Origin: a virus
DNA: 64,000 nucleotides
Virus record (IMG/VR): IMGVR_UViG_3300033146_004974
Coordinates: 1 to 64,000 of that record
Direction: 5' to 3' (one strand)
Both the position numbers and the translations under genes were made by a program. Every line of letters begins with the position of its first letter. Within the stretch, counting starts at the first letter, position 1. Shown piece by piece: positions 9,432-19,492 of the stretch. The notes under the pieces were generated by a model. It searched no databases. It worked only from the letters and a program-made list of their open reading frames with translations, and was not told the DNA's origin.

Positions 9432-12359
9432 GTGGCTGGTGAAATTAATTTTGATCAAACTATAGTAACGCGCGATAACATGAGGGCAGAGAAAAAAGCT
9501 CTTGAAGAATCTTCAAGCGAGAATGCTATACCTGATGCCAAGGAACACAATGATTCTTCAAAAAGTTCTTATCGCAACCAATGTACGCTTTTAGTAGCAG
9601 CAAAAAAATTGGCAGAAGCTAATGCGAATAATCCCGACTTCGGATACAAAAATTTTATTCCATTAAAAAGTGGTTCTGGGAAAAGAACTTCAACATTTCT
9701 TGCGAGGAAAGGTGTCAACGAACTTTTTTCACTTGATAGTGCACAAGCTTCGTCATTAATCCCAAGAATCCGTTTATTTAAAAGTTTCCCGCTAGAGAAT
9801 CCTGAAGATTTGACCAACACAAGAGATGTTGAATTTAAGTTTCGTTCACATTTTTCAGATTTTTCCTTTAACTACAACACCTTAACTCTTTCAAACAACT
9901 TACAAGAAGATGATATAACACTTGGTGTTCCGAAAGATGTTGGGCTAAAGAGCTTTACAATAACTGTTGAAGGAGGCGATTTTACAACAAGGAATTTAAT
10001 TCAAGCAGAATTGACGATTGTCATGCGTTCACTTGAAGATTTGCTTGATCACTGCAATTATGAAATCCATGATGGTAAGGAGTATAAAGTAAGGTATATA
10101 GATCTTGCTTCGCTACCTCTAAATGGTGCTGAACTTTGGAAGTTTGATCCTTATTATTATACAATAAAAGCGGTTATAGGGTGGGCCAAACCTTCTGGGG
10201 ATGTTTTGACAAGAACTCTCTGGGAGAATATTGATGGGTTTACGACGACATATGCTTTGAATGTTATTGACCATGAAATCAATATGAATGAAAATGGCCA
10301 AGTGGAACTAAAAGTGACTTACAAGGGTACAGCGGACGCCTTGATGCTGTCTGATAGAACTAACATCCTAAGCAATCCCGAAATAAGACAATTAGAATTG
10401 GATTCGATTGAGATCAAAAAGAAAGAGCTGACTTCAACAAAAGAAAAAATCGAAGTTGAAGGGGAACTTTCTAAACAGTATGGCCAAGAGCGGTGGGAAA
10501 AAGTCGAAAAAAATCTTGGTGATACAACACTAGAAGAGATAGAAGGCGATATGGATGTTGGATATATATCTGCTGGTTCAAGATATACCGACAATCATTA
10601 TAAAAGCGCTATAGAATTGGCACGCGATCAGAAGAAACGAATTGCCAAAAATCGTGAAAAATATGTCGAAGATAATGGAGATTTGTTGGGCAGCGATTTG
10701 TTTGAAAAAAAAGAGACGATTGATAAACATCTAGAAGAGGTGCAACAGGAACGCTCCAATGTTCTAAACAAGTTAAGAATTAGTAAAAACAAACGCTATC
10801 AAGATATCATTCAAGGGATGTTGGAGCGTGGAAGAGTTTTTTATGTCGATATCCCGAAGCACGATATTGAATTTATTCATAGCGTTTTGGAAGTTAACAA
10901 TCTTTCATTTGGTATGTTTGACAATTTTGTTCGTGGCCTCGAAACAACTGACGTAGCAACTTTGAGCAGAAATGAATTGCAAGAGTCTGCCGCTGCCAGA
11001 TTCCCATTCCAGAATATCAAAATTGTTTCAAGCGACTTACCATTTGATTCTGTTGTGACACTTTTTGGCACTGCAAATTTGCAAAAAGAAGTTGATGGCC
11101 TTTCAATGAGTGATGAACAGGATGAGCAAGCGATTCACAAATTGGGTCAAAAAACAATTGCCGAAAGAACTCATGGATTTTTTAAGGGTGAAGGGGTAGA
11201 CAACGTATTAGAAGATGTTAGAGAAATTGATGATTTCTTCGAGGGGGATAACCCTGAATATACTCGGAATACATTTGTCTTCCTTGGTGACATTATTGAA
11301 GAGGCATTAAACCCATTATATTCTATTGAAACTCCATTCCCCTTCATAAAGAATATGACAATTTTATTGGGAGATATCCAGCTTTTTTCTGGCGATAGAA
11401 AATTTTCGATTAATATTGCAGATTTGCCAATTTCTTTTGAACTTTTTTTTGAGTGGTTTTTGAATAAAATTGTGAAACCGCAGAGAAACAAGTATCATTT
11501 GAGGGAATTTCTTTCTGATATTGTCGCTGAGATCGTTCCGGCTGCCATTAAATCACAATGTTTTGAAAATAGGATGTTCCGTTTAAACCAGATTGATGTC
11601 AGCACTTTTACGCTTCAAACAAAAAATGGAGAAAACCCTATTGCCAATCTTGTTCAAACACCACATCAAAATTTAAACAGAAGACTTGACCTAGAAAGGA
11701 GGGATGTTATAGATTTCTTCCAGCAAAGTTATTTAGCAAGTTTCAAAACAGATAAGACAGATTTTACATATGTTTTATTAAATTCTGGGCAGGTAAATGA
11801 TGGGAATTTCAATGGAGATCCTATAGAAGATTTTGAACAAGGAATTTATCATTTTTGGATTGGTAACAGTAGAGGGTTATTGAAAACAATTAAGTTTAAA
11901 AACAACACTTTGGCACATGTCCGTGAGGCTAATCTGCAAAAGGTAGATTCAAAACAATTAGATATTATTGCCAAATATTATGATGTTGAAATGACAATGA
12001 TTGGCAATAGCCTATTTTTGACAGGACAACTAATTTATATCAATCCAACTCTTTTTGGTTATGGAGACCCAGCAAATGTTAATTCTATTGCGTACAAATT
12101 GGGAATTGGTGGTTATTATTTAATAACTAGAGTTGAAAGTGAATTCACCAACGGTTCTTTTGAAACAGTTATTGACGCTAAATGGCAATCTTTTGTTAAA
12201 GAAAATGGTGATGAAGGTGAGGCTGGTGGAAGAAAAGTTAACGCATTTGATATAGCACCAGATATTGAGGTTGTATTGCCGAAAAAAGAAGAATATCACT
12301 CATCTTTAGAAAACGTAGTAAATACAATTAAAAAACGGCTAGAAGAAGATGGCGATTAA
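9432..12359 (+). CDS. large baseplate hub-like protein
   Basis: 975 aa; C-terminal MTMIGNSLFLTGQLIYI and GGYYLITRVESEF..FETVI resemble hub (gp27/gpD-type) C-termini. Confidence 0.6.
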   Translation: MAGEINFDQTIVTRDNMRAEKKALEESSSENAIPDAKEHNDSSKSSYRNQCTLLVAAKKLAEANANNPDFGYKNFIPLKSGSGKRTSTFLARKGVNELFSLDSAQASSLIPRIRLFKSFPLENPEDLTNTRDVEFKFRSHFSDFSFNYNTLTLSNNLQEDDITLGVPKDVGLKSFTITVEGGDFTTRNLIQAELTIVMRSLEDLLDHCNYEIHDGKEYKVRYIDLASLPLNGAELWKFDPYYYTIKAVIGWAKPSGDVLTRTLWENIDGFTTTYALNVIDHEINMNENGQVELKVTYKGTADALMLSDRTNILSNPEIRQLELDSIEIKKKELTSTKEKIEVEGELSKQYGQERWEKVEKNLGDTTLEEIEGDMDVGYISAGSRYTDNHYKSAIELARDQKKRIAKNREKYVEDNGDLLGSDLFEKKETIDKHLEEVQQERSNVLNKLRISKNKRYQDIIQGMLERGRVFYVDIPKHDIEFIHSVLEVNNLSFGMFDNFVRGLETTDVATLSRNELQESAAARFPFQNIKIVSSDLPFDSVVTLFGTANLQKEVDGLSMSDEQDEQAIHKLGQKTIAERTHGFFKGEGVDNVLEDVREIDDFFEGDNPEYTRNTFVFLGDIIEEALNPLYSIETPFPFIKNMTILLGDIQLFSGDRKFSINIADLPISFELFFEWFLNKIVKPQRNKYHLREFLSDIVAEIVPAAIKSQCFENRMFRLNQIDVSTFTLQTKNGENPIANLVQTPHQNLNRRLDLERRDVIDFFQQSYLASFKTDKTDFTYVLLNSGQVNDGNFNGDPIEDFEQGIYHFWIGNSRGLLKTIKFKNNTLAHVREANLQKVDSKQLDIIAKYYDVEMTMIGNSLFLTGQLIYINPTLFGYGDPANVNSIAYKLGIGGYYLITRVESEFTNGSFETVIDAKWQSFVKENGDEGEAGGRKVNAFDIAPDIEVVLPKKEEYHSSLENVVNTIKKRLEEDGD

Positions 12360-13401
12360 GAAAAAAAATATTCAATTTAAAAAGCTTAAGGATCATTTCA
12401 AAAGAAATAAGAAAAGATTTAATAGCATTTCATTGCTTGAAGATAAAAGATTCTATGGCAAAGTGGATGCTCAAGGAGATTTGGTGATGCCTTCAGAAAA
12501 TTTCCTGAAGGTGAGCCGATACAATCAAAAAGTTTTTGCATTAGATTTTGTTATCCATTCTTTAGACAATTTGTTAAATGCTCTTTATAAAAAAATATCA
12601 TTTGGGAGAATTAAACAAGATTCTGTTCTGTTTGGGCTAAGACCCGTTTCCGGTTGGGAAAGTCTTGATCAGCTTTTCAAGAACCATTTGAACATTGCTT
12701 ACAATTATTATGTTCATAAGTTTATTCAAGAAAATATTTTTATCGAAAGTGTATCATTTTTTTTGGATAAATTTCTTCACTTTTATAATCAACAAATGTT
12801 CACGATCAATCGTTCAACATATATCAAAAATTCCACTTGCCCCAACGAAATGAGTGGTTTTATTATCAACCTTAATAAGCAAAATGAAAGATGGCCTTCA
12901 GACAGATTTTTTAATGATTGGTTAATCTTGGCTAATTCATTTGGTTTTTACGTTGACAATGAGCGCCCATGGAGGATTATTGCCAATTTAAATTCACAAG
13001 TAATCATGCAAGAAACTGCTGAATCGATGTTTAAAAACAAATTCTATAACATTGAGCTTTCTGAAATTGAGAATATGCAACTTTGTCTTTGGCAAATTTA
13101 CTCAAACGTGGTCAAGCTCCGACCCGAAGTTGTCAAGCCATATGTTAACAAAAATTATTCAACGAAAGCAAGAAGTTTCAAACCAAACCAACTGAGTCTC
13201 AAACAATTCGTGGACAAGCTTGACAGACACGGGTGGATAATGGTGTACTTGCAAACGCGAGCAATCGAGTTAAAGGTGCTACACAAGCTTGACAAAAGCA
13301 TAATTGATAGCGAGGTTGCGACTTTTGACACAATCGAAATGAGGTTTGGAATTTTAAGCGCTGTGAGATATATTAACAACTTTTTGGGAAATATAAAATG
13401 A
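12349..13401 (+). CDS. hypothetical protein (possibly structural)
   Basis: 350-aa ORF overlapping both neighbours. Confidence 0.65.
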   Translation: MAIKKKNIQFKKLKDHFKRNKKRFNSISLLEDKRFYGKVDAQGDLVMPSENFLKVSRYNQKVFALDFVIHSLDNLLNALYKKISFGRIKQDSVLFGLRPVSGWESLDQLFKNHLNIAYNYYVHKFIQENIFIESVSFFLDKFLHFYNQQMFTINRSTYIKNSTCPNEMSGFIINLNKQNERWPSDRFFNDWLILANSFGFYVDNERPWRIIANLNSQVIMQETAESMFKNKFYNIELSEIENMQLCLWQIYSNVVKLRPEVVKPYVNKNYSTKARSFKPNQLSLKQFVDKLDRHGWIMVYLQTRAIELKVLHKLDKSIIDSEVATFDTIEMRFGILSAVRYINNFLGNIK

Positions 13402-14564
13402 TTTATCACATTTTTTTTGAGGGTGAGCAAATGGTTGCTTACTATTCTCAAGAAACTGGGCTTGTTGATGCAAAGGTTCTTCCCAATGAAGAACCTTTTT
13501 CAATTTGGGATATTTCTCCTGGGACATTGAAATTTTTTGAAGGAAAAGAATACAAGATTCTCAGTATTGAAAACGACCTATCAACTCTTGCAAAAAGGGC
13601 AGGCTTGGAAGAACAGTGGGAACAGAATATTCAACGAAATCAGGCGATTTTCAATTCAATACAGACTTCACATGTTTTTGTTTCAAGGCCAGTATTCAAA
13701 TATTTCCCAAGACACATTCTGGAAAAGTATTTGTTCTTGAAATGTGAATTGATGAAAAATTGGATAAAGCCAATCAATCTTCATCATAAACAAAAATTGG
13801 CAATTGTTTGCAAAGATATTGAAACAAATGTCTTAAATATTTCAAAACTTCATGGGAACCATTTGTTCCAAAGAATTCGTTTTAATCCTTTTGGAGGAAA
13901 AACTGGGCGGTTTGTTTTAAAAGAAAATTCTTTCCCAATCATGAACTTGAAAAAAGAAGAAAGATTTAAGATTATTCCAAACAACGATTTCTTTTTAGAA
14001 ATTGATTATAATGCAATTGATATAAGATCGTTTCTATTCTTGTGTGGGATTGAACAACCATTACATGATCCTCACGAATGGCATCGTCAAAAGTTGTTCC
14101 CTAATTTTTCAAGACAAGAGGTGAAACAAATTTTTTTCAAATGGTTGTATGGTGGGAAATGTGCTGAAGAAGTTGACACTGCCTTAAACAAGCTGTATTG
14201 CCCCTCTAAGCTCGCACAATGGAAACGCAAGCAAGAGTCCATAAAAACTGTTGAAAGCAATCTGGGAGTGAATGTGGAAGGATTTGACATGATTGTGACA
14301 GATCCTTTTGGAGAGAGTGCAATTGCAGATGAAAGAAGAGCCAATTCTTATTTGATGCAAAGGACAAGTGCTAGCATATTCTCAAGAGGTCTTGTTAGAG
14401 TCTGGGAGATGTTGAGAGGAAAAAGAAGCAAGATTGTTTATGCAATTCATGACAGTGTGGTCATCGACTTTGCGCATGAAGATGAAGGCATGATTGGCGA
14501 CCTTAAAAAAGCCTTTGAAAACTGTGAGTTGGCACATTTTAAAGCGAATGTGAAAAAACTTTGA
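13398..14564 (+). CDS. minimal family-A DNA polymerase-like protein (palm/fingers only)
   Basis: KTGRF, motif A DYNAIDIR, motif B RQEVKQIFFKWLYG, ANSYLMQRTSA, motif C IHDSVV; no exonuclease motifs seen. Confidence 0.8.
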   Translation: MIYHIFFEGEQMVAYYSQETGLVDAKVLPNEEPFSIWDISPGTLKFFEGKEYKILSIENDLSTLAKRAGLEEQWEQNIQRNQAIFNSIQTSHVFVSRPVFKYFPRHILEKYLFLKCELMKNWIKPINLHHKQKLAIVCKDIETNVLNISKLHGNHLFQRIRFNPFGGKTGRFVLKENSFPIMNLKKEERFKIIPNNDFFLEIDYNAIDIRSFLFLCGIEQPLHDPHEWHRQKLFPNFSRQEVKQIFFKWLYGGKCAEEVDTALNKLYCPSKLAQWKRKQESIKTVESNLGVNVEGFDMIVTDPFGESAIADERRANSYLMQRTSASIFSRGLVRVWEMLRGKRSKIVYAIHDSVVIDFAHEDEGMIGDLKKAFENCELAHFKANVKKL

Positions 14565-14583
14565 ATTTCATGTCGCTTTTCGC

Positions 14584-14612
14584 TTGATTTTTGGCCAAAA
14601 GTATGATATAAT
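14584..14612 (+). promoter_or_regulatory. sigma70-type promoter at the start of the long non-coding region
   Basis: TTGATT-N17-TATAAT with TG just upstream of -10; spacer contains palindrome TTTTGGCCAAAA. Confidence 0.65.
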
Positions 14613-15050
14613 CAAGGAACATCAAACATGTTGATAAGGACAGTTTGAAACATATATTAAAAAAAAATAAAGTTTAACAATTCAATTTTATAATAAAAAG
14701 ATTTCACAATAACAATCCAAAACACAAAGTCTTCCAAATAAATTTAAGGGCCGACCTCTGTCTTTTGATAAATCAAAAGAAATTTCCCAAGTTTTATTTG
14801 AAGCAGATACTTATTAAAAAACCTTTTGAAAAAAATGTTAAATTGTAACTTAGAAAGAAAAGAGTTCTAAAAAGGTCATAAACAAGTTGATAATATCTAA
14901 GAGTGATTTGGGATCAGATTTAAAATTTATAAAAATAAAAGAAAGTCTATCCCAGCATTTGAGATGGTAAAAATCCCAGAGAGAGAATGGTGAACAAGTT
15001 CGCTGTAAGAGCGAAAGATTGCACTAATAGTGTGGAATATAGAGAAAATT

Positions 15051-15106
15051 TTAAAACCACGCAAATTCATAGCGTGCTTGACAGATGCGCCGGACGGTGT
15101 TACAGT
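15051..15106 (+). promoter_or_regulatory. phage promoter family member (upstream of tRNA-Lys)
   Basis: TTAAAAC..AATTC..TTGACA-N17-TACAGT. Confidence 0.7.
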
Positions 15107-15128
15107 GTGTGCATGACTTGAGGTTGAA

Positions 15129-15200
15129 GGGACTTTAGCTTAACGGTAAAGCAACTGACTTTTAATCAGTAGATTCTGAGTTCAAATCTCAGGAGTCCCA
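15129..15200 (+). tRNA. tRNA-Lys (anticodon TTT), CCA not encoded
   Basis: GGGACTT/GAGTCCC acceptor stem, ACTGA-CTTTTAA-TCAGT anticodon arm, CTGAG-TTCAAAT-CTCAG T arm. Confidence 0.92.
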
Positions 15201-15296
15201 TGACAAGTAAAAGAGGAGGACAGGGATTATAAAAACATATCCCAGTGGAAATTGATTTGTAAAAGGTTATATTTTTTTAAAGGACAAGGAAAGAAG

Positions 15297-15569
15297 ATGA
15301 TTACAAACTTAAAGCAATTGGTTGAAAATATCCCAGAAGAGTTTAAAGATCTTACGACAAAGAGAGCAAATGTTCGTTTTGAAGGCGAAACAAGCACTAT
15401 CGAACTCAAAAAAGATGAAGGTTATGAGGCAATATACACTTATTCAGATGAGAATGGAATTTTTGTGCGGATTACAACTCCTAAAACTTCCAATTGGAAT
15501 GCGATGATTAGACAACTTGGAACAATGATGTCCAAGTCCCACGTGATTCTTCATGATTTTGTGAGCTGA
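15297..15569 (+). CDS. hypothetical protein
   Basis: AAGGA SD before ATG 15297. Confidence 0.6.
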   Translation: MITNLKQLVENIPEEFKDLTTKRANVRFEGETSTIELKKDEGYEAIYTYSDENGIFVRITTPKTSNWNAMIRQLGTMMSKSHVILHDFVS

Positions 15570-15571
15570 GA

Positions 15572-16393
15572 ATGAAAATTATAACAATAGGTGAAGCAAG
15601 CTTTCAAATAGGGCTCAAATATTCATTGCATTCAGCATGCGAAGTTTTAAGCATTGACTCAGAAAGAAAAAATAATAGAACTATTGTTATAAATGAACAA
15701 AATTCGGCAAAAGAATACGAAAGGAATTTTGCTATTGATTTAGATCTTTTGCCACTTGGAGAAGAGATCTTTTTATTTGTCTCAGATGGATCAAAAATTT
15801 CTGGGATAACTTTGAGTCTGCTTGCCGTTCTGATTTCAAGAAACAATAGAATCAATCTTATCCAGATTCAGACTGAAAAATCTTTGATGACAAAAGAAGT
15901 TGAAAAGCATAGTGTAATCTTTAACAAAGTGCTAAAAGATGTTGCTTTATCAGGTTATATCGAAAGATTATTGATTTTTAATAATCAGAGACTAATTAAT
16001 CTCGTTAGAAAAGAACCTGGTGTTAATTTTATTAATCTTTATTCAAGAATTAATGAATTGATCTCATGGTATTTGTTTCTATTGTACGAAGGTCTCGAAG
16101 GGGAAAGATTATATGGCTCAAAATTCAACAAAGTGGCAGAATATGCCAGAATCGAAACACTTGGAGTACTTAACTTAGAGACTTTTGAGACGGTTCTTTT
16201 TGCGGAGTTTAAACAGCCGAGAAGCAAACATTTTTTCATTTTTTTGAACAAGGAGGATGCGCGAAACACAGAGATAGCCAACAGAATCATAAATAATATC
16301 AGAAAAACAGAAGATCAAATGCAAATCACCTTCACAGTACACTCAACAATGGACAGAAGTGAAGGTTTGTGCCTAACAAGAACATCAATTTAA
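15572..16393 (+). CDS. degenerate tubulin/FtsZ-like protein
   Basis: N-terminal IITIGEASFQIG (cf. IGxGxAGxxI), FLFVSDGSKISG at the GGGTGSG position, LLIFNNQRL (cf. xDN), INELIS helix. Confidence 0.45.
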   Translation: MKIITIGEASFQIGLKYSLHSACEVLSIDSERKNNRTIVINEQNSAKEYERNFAIDLDLLPLGEEIFLFVSDGSKISGITLSLLAVLISRNNRINLIQIQTEKSLMTKEVEKHSVIFNKVLKDVALSGYIERLLIFNNQRLINLVRKEPGVNFINLYSRINELISWYLFLLYEGLEGERLYGSKFNKVAEYARIETLGVLNLETFETVLFAEFKQPRSKHFFIFLNKEDARNTEIANRIINNIRKTEDQMQITFTVHSTMDRSEGLCLTRTSI

Positions 16394-16409
16394 CAAAAAG
16401 GAAAGACCA

Positions 16410-17276
16410 ATGGCTTTTAATTTAGACGCAATCAAACAAAAATTTCAGGACGCCAGCGAAGGGAAAAACATCAAGTCTGGAGGCAACAACCAGACATTTT
16501 TCTTTAAATGTCAAGAGAACGAAACAAGAATAATCCGCCTCATTGAACACCCAGAAGTGAAATTGGAAAATGATTTTGCCGAAGAAAGGCATTTTCATTA
16601 TGTGACAATTCCAGGTCAAAAGGAGCGCGTTGCTTTCATTTGTCCTAAAAGAACCTATGGTGGCGAATGTCCAATCTGCAATCTTTCTTACGCATTGTGG
16701 GATCAGGTCAAAGAGAGATGGCCAAGTCGTGATGAAAGATTTAACAATCCAGAAGCAAACAGGGTTTCACGCCTTGTTAAGTCGCTTTTCTCTGTTCATC
16801 GCTTTTATTCTTACGTCCTCCCACGGAAATTGAACGAGAATGAACAAGGACCTCTTATTTGGGGTTATTCTAGCAACGTTCATGATAAACTCATGAAATA
16901 TTTCGTTGATGAAGATTGGGGCAACATTGCCGATGTTCATGAAGGCTTTGACATCAAAGCAGAGTTGGTAAAGGGGAAGCAATTCAATGAGTACAGCATT
17001 AAAATTCGTCCAAAGTCTGTTCCATTGGCTTCTTCAGACGAAGAAATCCAGGAGATTTTTGACAAAACATCATTGATTTCTTCTGGCGAAATGGCAAAAT
17101 ATTTTGTCAAAATGCCTCATGAAGAAATGGTAAATCTTGCTGACAAGTTCTATAAGGGATATGTTCTGGCAACTGGCGGAACTGTCGAAGATGTTTCAAA
17201 CGAAAGTATGAGAGGCGGAGACGATGACGCTTCGACAAAATTTGCAGCATTTGATGATCCAGATATTCCATTCTAA
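16410..17276 (+). CDS. single-stranded DNA-binding protein (gp32-like)
   Basis: IIRLI, HFHY, CPKRTYGGECPIC zinc site, DWGNIADVHEGFDI, acidic tail ending DDPDIPF. Confidence 0.88.
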   Translation: MAFNLDAIKQKFQDASEGKNIKSGGNNQTFFFKCQENETRIIRLIEHPEVKLENDFAEERHFHYVTIPGQKERVAFICPKRTYGGECPICNLSYALWDQVKERWPSRDERFNNPEANRVSRLVKSLFSVHRFYSYVLPRKLNENEQGPLIWGYSSNVHDKLMKYFVDEDWGNIADVHEGFDIKAELVKGKQFNEYSIKIRPKSVPLASSDEEIQEIFDKTSLISSGEMAKYFVKMPHEEMVNLADKFYKGYVLATGGTVEDVSNESMRGGDDDASTKFAAFDDPDIPF

Positions 17277-17287
17277 AGCGCGTTAAA

Positions 17288-17319
17288 AATCCTGCTTCAC
17301 CATTTTGTGAAGCAGGATT
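17288..17319 (+). terminator. hairpin/terminator after SSB
   Basis: AATCCTGCTTCAC...GTGAAGCAGGATT 13-bp stem. Confidence 0.7.
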
Positions 17320-17333
17320 CAAAAGTTTTTAAT

Positions 17334-17389
17334 TTGAAACACGCCACATTTTCACCATGCTTGACAAAACAGCGCTATTGTGGCATGGT
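17334..17389 (+). promoter_or_regulatory. phage promoter family member
   Basis: TTGAAAC 27 nt before TTGACA-N17-CATGGT. Confidence 0.65.
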
Positions 17390-17426
17390 GGGAAATGTGG
17401 TGCAAACCTTAGCACATGGAGAGAAA

Positions 17427-18188
17427 ATGTCAGCACAACAAATCCTCGAAAGAATCGTTGAACAATTTGATATTGATTATGTCGAATTTGCTATAAACGA
17501 GTTTGATTGCAACATGATCGAATGGGAAAAACCGAGATTGCAATATGCGATGAACAACAGGGGAAACAGAGAGATATTCTACCAAATTGTGAGGAGATTC
17601 AAATATTCGAATAAGGAGATGCGAAAGGCATTAAAAGTTTATTTAAATGAAATGTCTGGCATAAATGAGTTGGTTGTTTCGTTTATTTTAAACAAGCTGG
17701 GGAAAGATCGTTATGAATTTGATTTGAGTGAGGAAATGGTCGAAGTGAAAAACACTTCGATGTTAAGAGTATTAATGAGGCACAGTTCTTTAACAGCTTT
17801 GAAAAAAGCTGCACTAAGAAAAGTTGAGCAATATGATGTACAAGTTTTTTTTGAAGAACCTTTTTTATATTCAAGAGAATATAAAAAAATTGGCGAGCAG
17901 TTTTTGTTAACTTTTTTGTTGGCAGCAATAGAAGTTAACAAAACAGAATTGTTCAGATTTGTTGTTAACGAGTTTGAACAATTGGATTTGACTTCTAATA
18001 ACAACATGCTGTTGCAGGCTGCGATTGAACACGAATGCGATGATGAGCTTATTGACATTTTGATTGAAAGAGGGGCCAGTTTTAATTCAATTGGGATGGA
18101 ACTGGCCCCTCTTGGGGATTGGAGCACTACTACTTCCAAATGGGAATTAATGAAACAGTTGTACAATTTCATAAACGAAAAGAAATAA
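17427..18188 (+). CDS. ankyrin-repeat-like protein
   Basis: LLAAIEVNKTELFRFVV, LLQAAIEHECDDELIDILIERGAS. Confidence 0.55.
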   Translation: MSAQQILERIVEQFDIDYVEFAINEFDCNMIEWEKPRLQYAMNNRGNREIFYQIVRRFKYSNKEMRKALKVYLNEMSGINELVVSFILNKLGKDRYEFDLSEEMVEVKNTSMLRVLMRHSSLTALKKAALRKVEQYDVQVFFEEPFLYSREYKKIGEQFLLTFLLAAIEVNKTELFRFVVNEFEQLDLTSNNNMLLQAAIEHECDDELIDILIERGASFNSIGMELAPLGDWSTTTSKWELMKQLYNFINEKK

Positions 18189-18190
18189 AG

Positions 18191-19327
18191 ATGTTCTTGA
18201 GTGGTGAAAAATTCTTTGAAACTTCACAATTGTACAAGCATAGACAAAAAATGAAACTTCCAAAACAGTCTGGAACTCCTTGGCTCAACGACAGAACAAT
18301 TTTCTTAACAAAAACTGGTTCACAAGCTTATGGAACATCTTTGCCGACTTCTGATTTGGACATCAGAGGAATTGCAGTTGCTCCAAAAGAATTTTATCAT
18401 GGTTTTGTGAAGAAGTTTGAACAAGCTATTTTCAAAGAGCCCGATGCGGTTGTCTATGAATTGCAAAAATTTATGGACCTTGCAGCCAAGGCCAATCCAT
18501 CAATTTTGGAAATGCTTTGGACAGATCCAGAAGATCATTTGAAAGTGACTTCAAGTGCTCAAAAACTGCTGGATAACCGTGACTTATTCTTATCCAAGAA
18601 GGTGAGATATACTTTTCTGGGATACGCAATGAGTCAATTGAAGAGAATCAAAACTCATAAAAAATGGCTGCTCAATCCTCCCAAAAAACAGCCAAAACGT
18701 TCTGATTTTGATCTCCCAAAAAGGAAACCTTTGCCTCGTGAACAAATGGGCGCTTTAAATTCTTTGATCCAAAGAAAGCTTGACTCTTGGCAAATTGATT
18801 GGGAAATTTTTGAGATCAACGAAAGGAGAAAATTTAAAGAAGAATTGCAAGAGATTCTTGAAGAAATGCAGTTGGGAAAAGGCGAGCAACAATTTTCTGC
18901 TGCTGCAAGAGTTATTGGAATCGATGAAAATTTTGTACAGCTTTTGATGAGAGAAAGGGGATATGCTGATGCCAAAAAGAATTGGAAGAATTATCAGAAC
19001 TGGAAGTTAAACAGGAATAAAAAAAGAGCTGCTTTGGAAGCAGCATTCGGATATGATGCAAAACATGCAATGCATCTTGTTCGATTGTGTCGCATGGGTA
19101 CAGAAATTTTAGAAACTGGAATTGTCCGAGTCCGAAGACCTGACGCTGAAGAACTTTTGGAAATCAGAAGTGGGGCATGGCCTTATGAAAAACTCATCAA
19201 TTGGGTTGAAAAACAGGAAGACAAATTCGCAGAGTTGTACAAAACAAGCGATTTGCCGAACAAGCCCAACAGACAAAAGCTTGACAAATTGTGCTGCGAA
19301 ATTGTTGGAGAAATGATGGAAAAATGA
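18191..19327 (+). CDS. Pol-beta superfamily nucleotidyltransferase (RlaP/YcgL/NrdC.11-like)
   Basis: GSQAYGTSLPTSDLDIRG, ANPSILEMLW, GYDAKHAMHLVRL. Confidence 0.88.
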   Translation: MFLSGEKFFETSQLYKHRQKMKLPKQSGTPWLNDRTIFLTKTGSQAYGTSLPTSDLDIRGIAVAPKEFYHGFVKKFEQAIFKEPDAVVYELQKFMDLAAKANPSILEMLWTDPEDHLKVTSSAQKLLDNRDLFLSKKVRYTFLGYAMSQLKRIKTHKKWLLNPPKKQPKRSDFDLPKRKPLPREQMGALNSLIQRKLDSWQIDWEIFEINERRKFKEELQEILEEMQLGKGEQQFSAAARVIGIDENFVQLLMRERGYADAKKNWKNYQNWKLNRNKKRAALEAAFGYDAKHAMHLVRLCRMGTEILETGIVRVRRPDAEELLEIRSGAWPYEKLINWVEKQEDKFAELYKTSDLPNKPNRQKLDKLCCEIVGEMMEK

Positions 19328-19474
19328 TGAACAACATTGATTGGAAAAGTCAATCGAAAACCTTTTGAGGACAATTTCAAAGGAAATCCCAGAATTTGAA
19401 ATTGTCGAAAAGAAAAAAAGTTGGTTCATGAAGTTTTTGTCAATTCTTCTGTTTTTTAATAAAAACTTCATGAA
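19324..19474 (+). pseudogene. frameshifted 5' fragment of the 19868 gene
   Basis: Reads MMNNIDWKSQSKTF-stop; 1-bp deletion relative to copy 2. Confidence 0.75.
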
Positions 19475-19492
19475 ACCACAAGGTTAGAAGAA

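Noticed and set aside
13214-13300. Two ACAAGCTTGACA matches resembling promoter -35 boxes
   Set aside because: Inside a CDS encoding KLD twice; lack the fixed upstream element.
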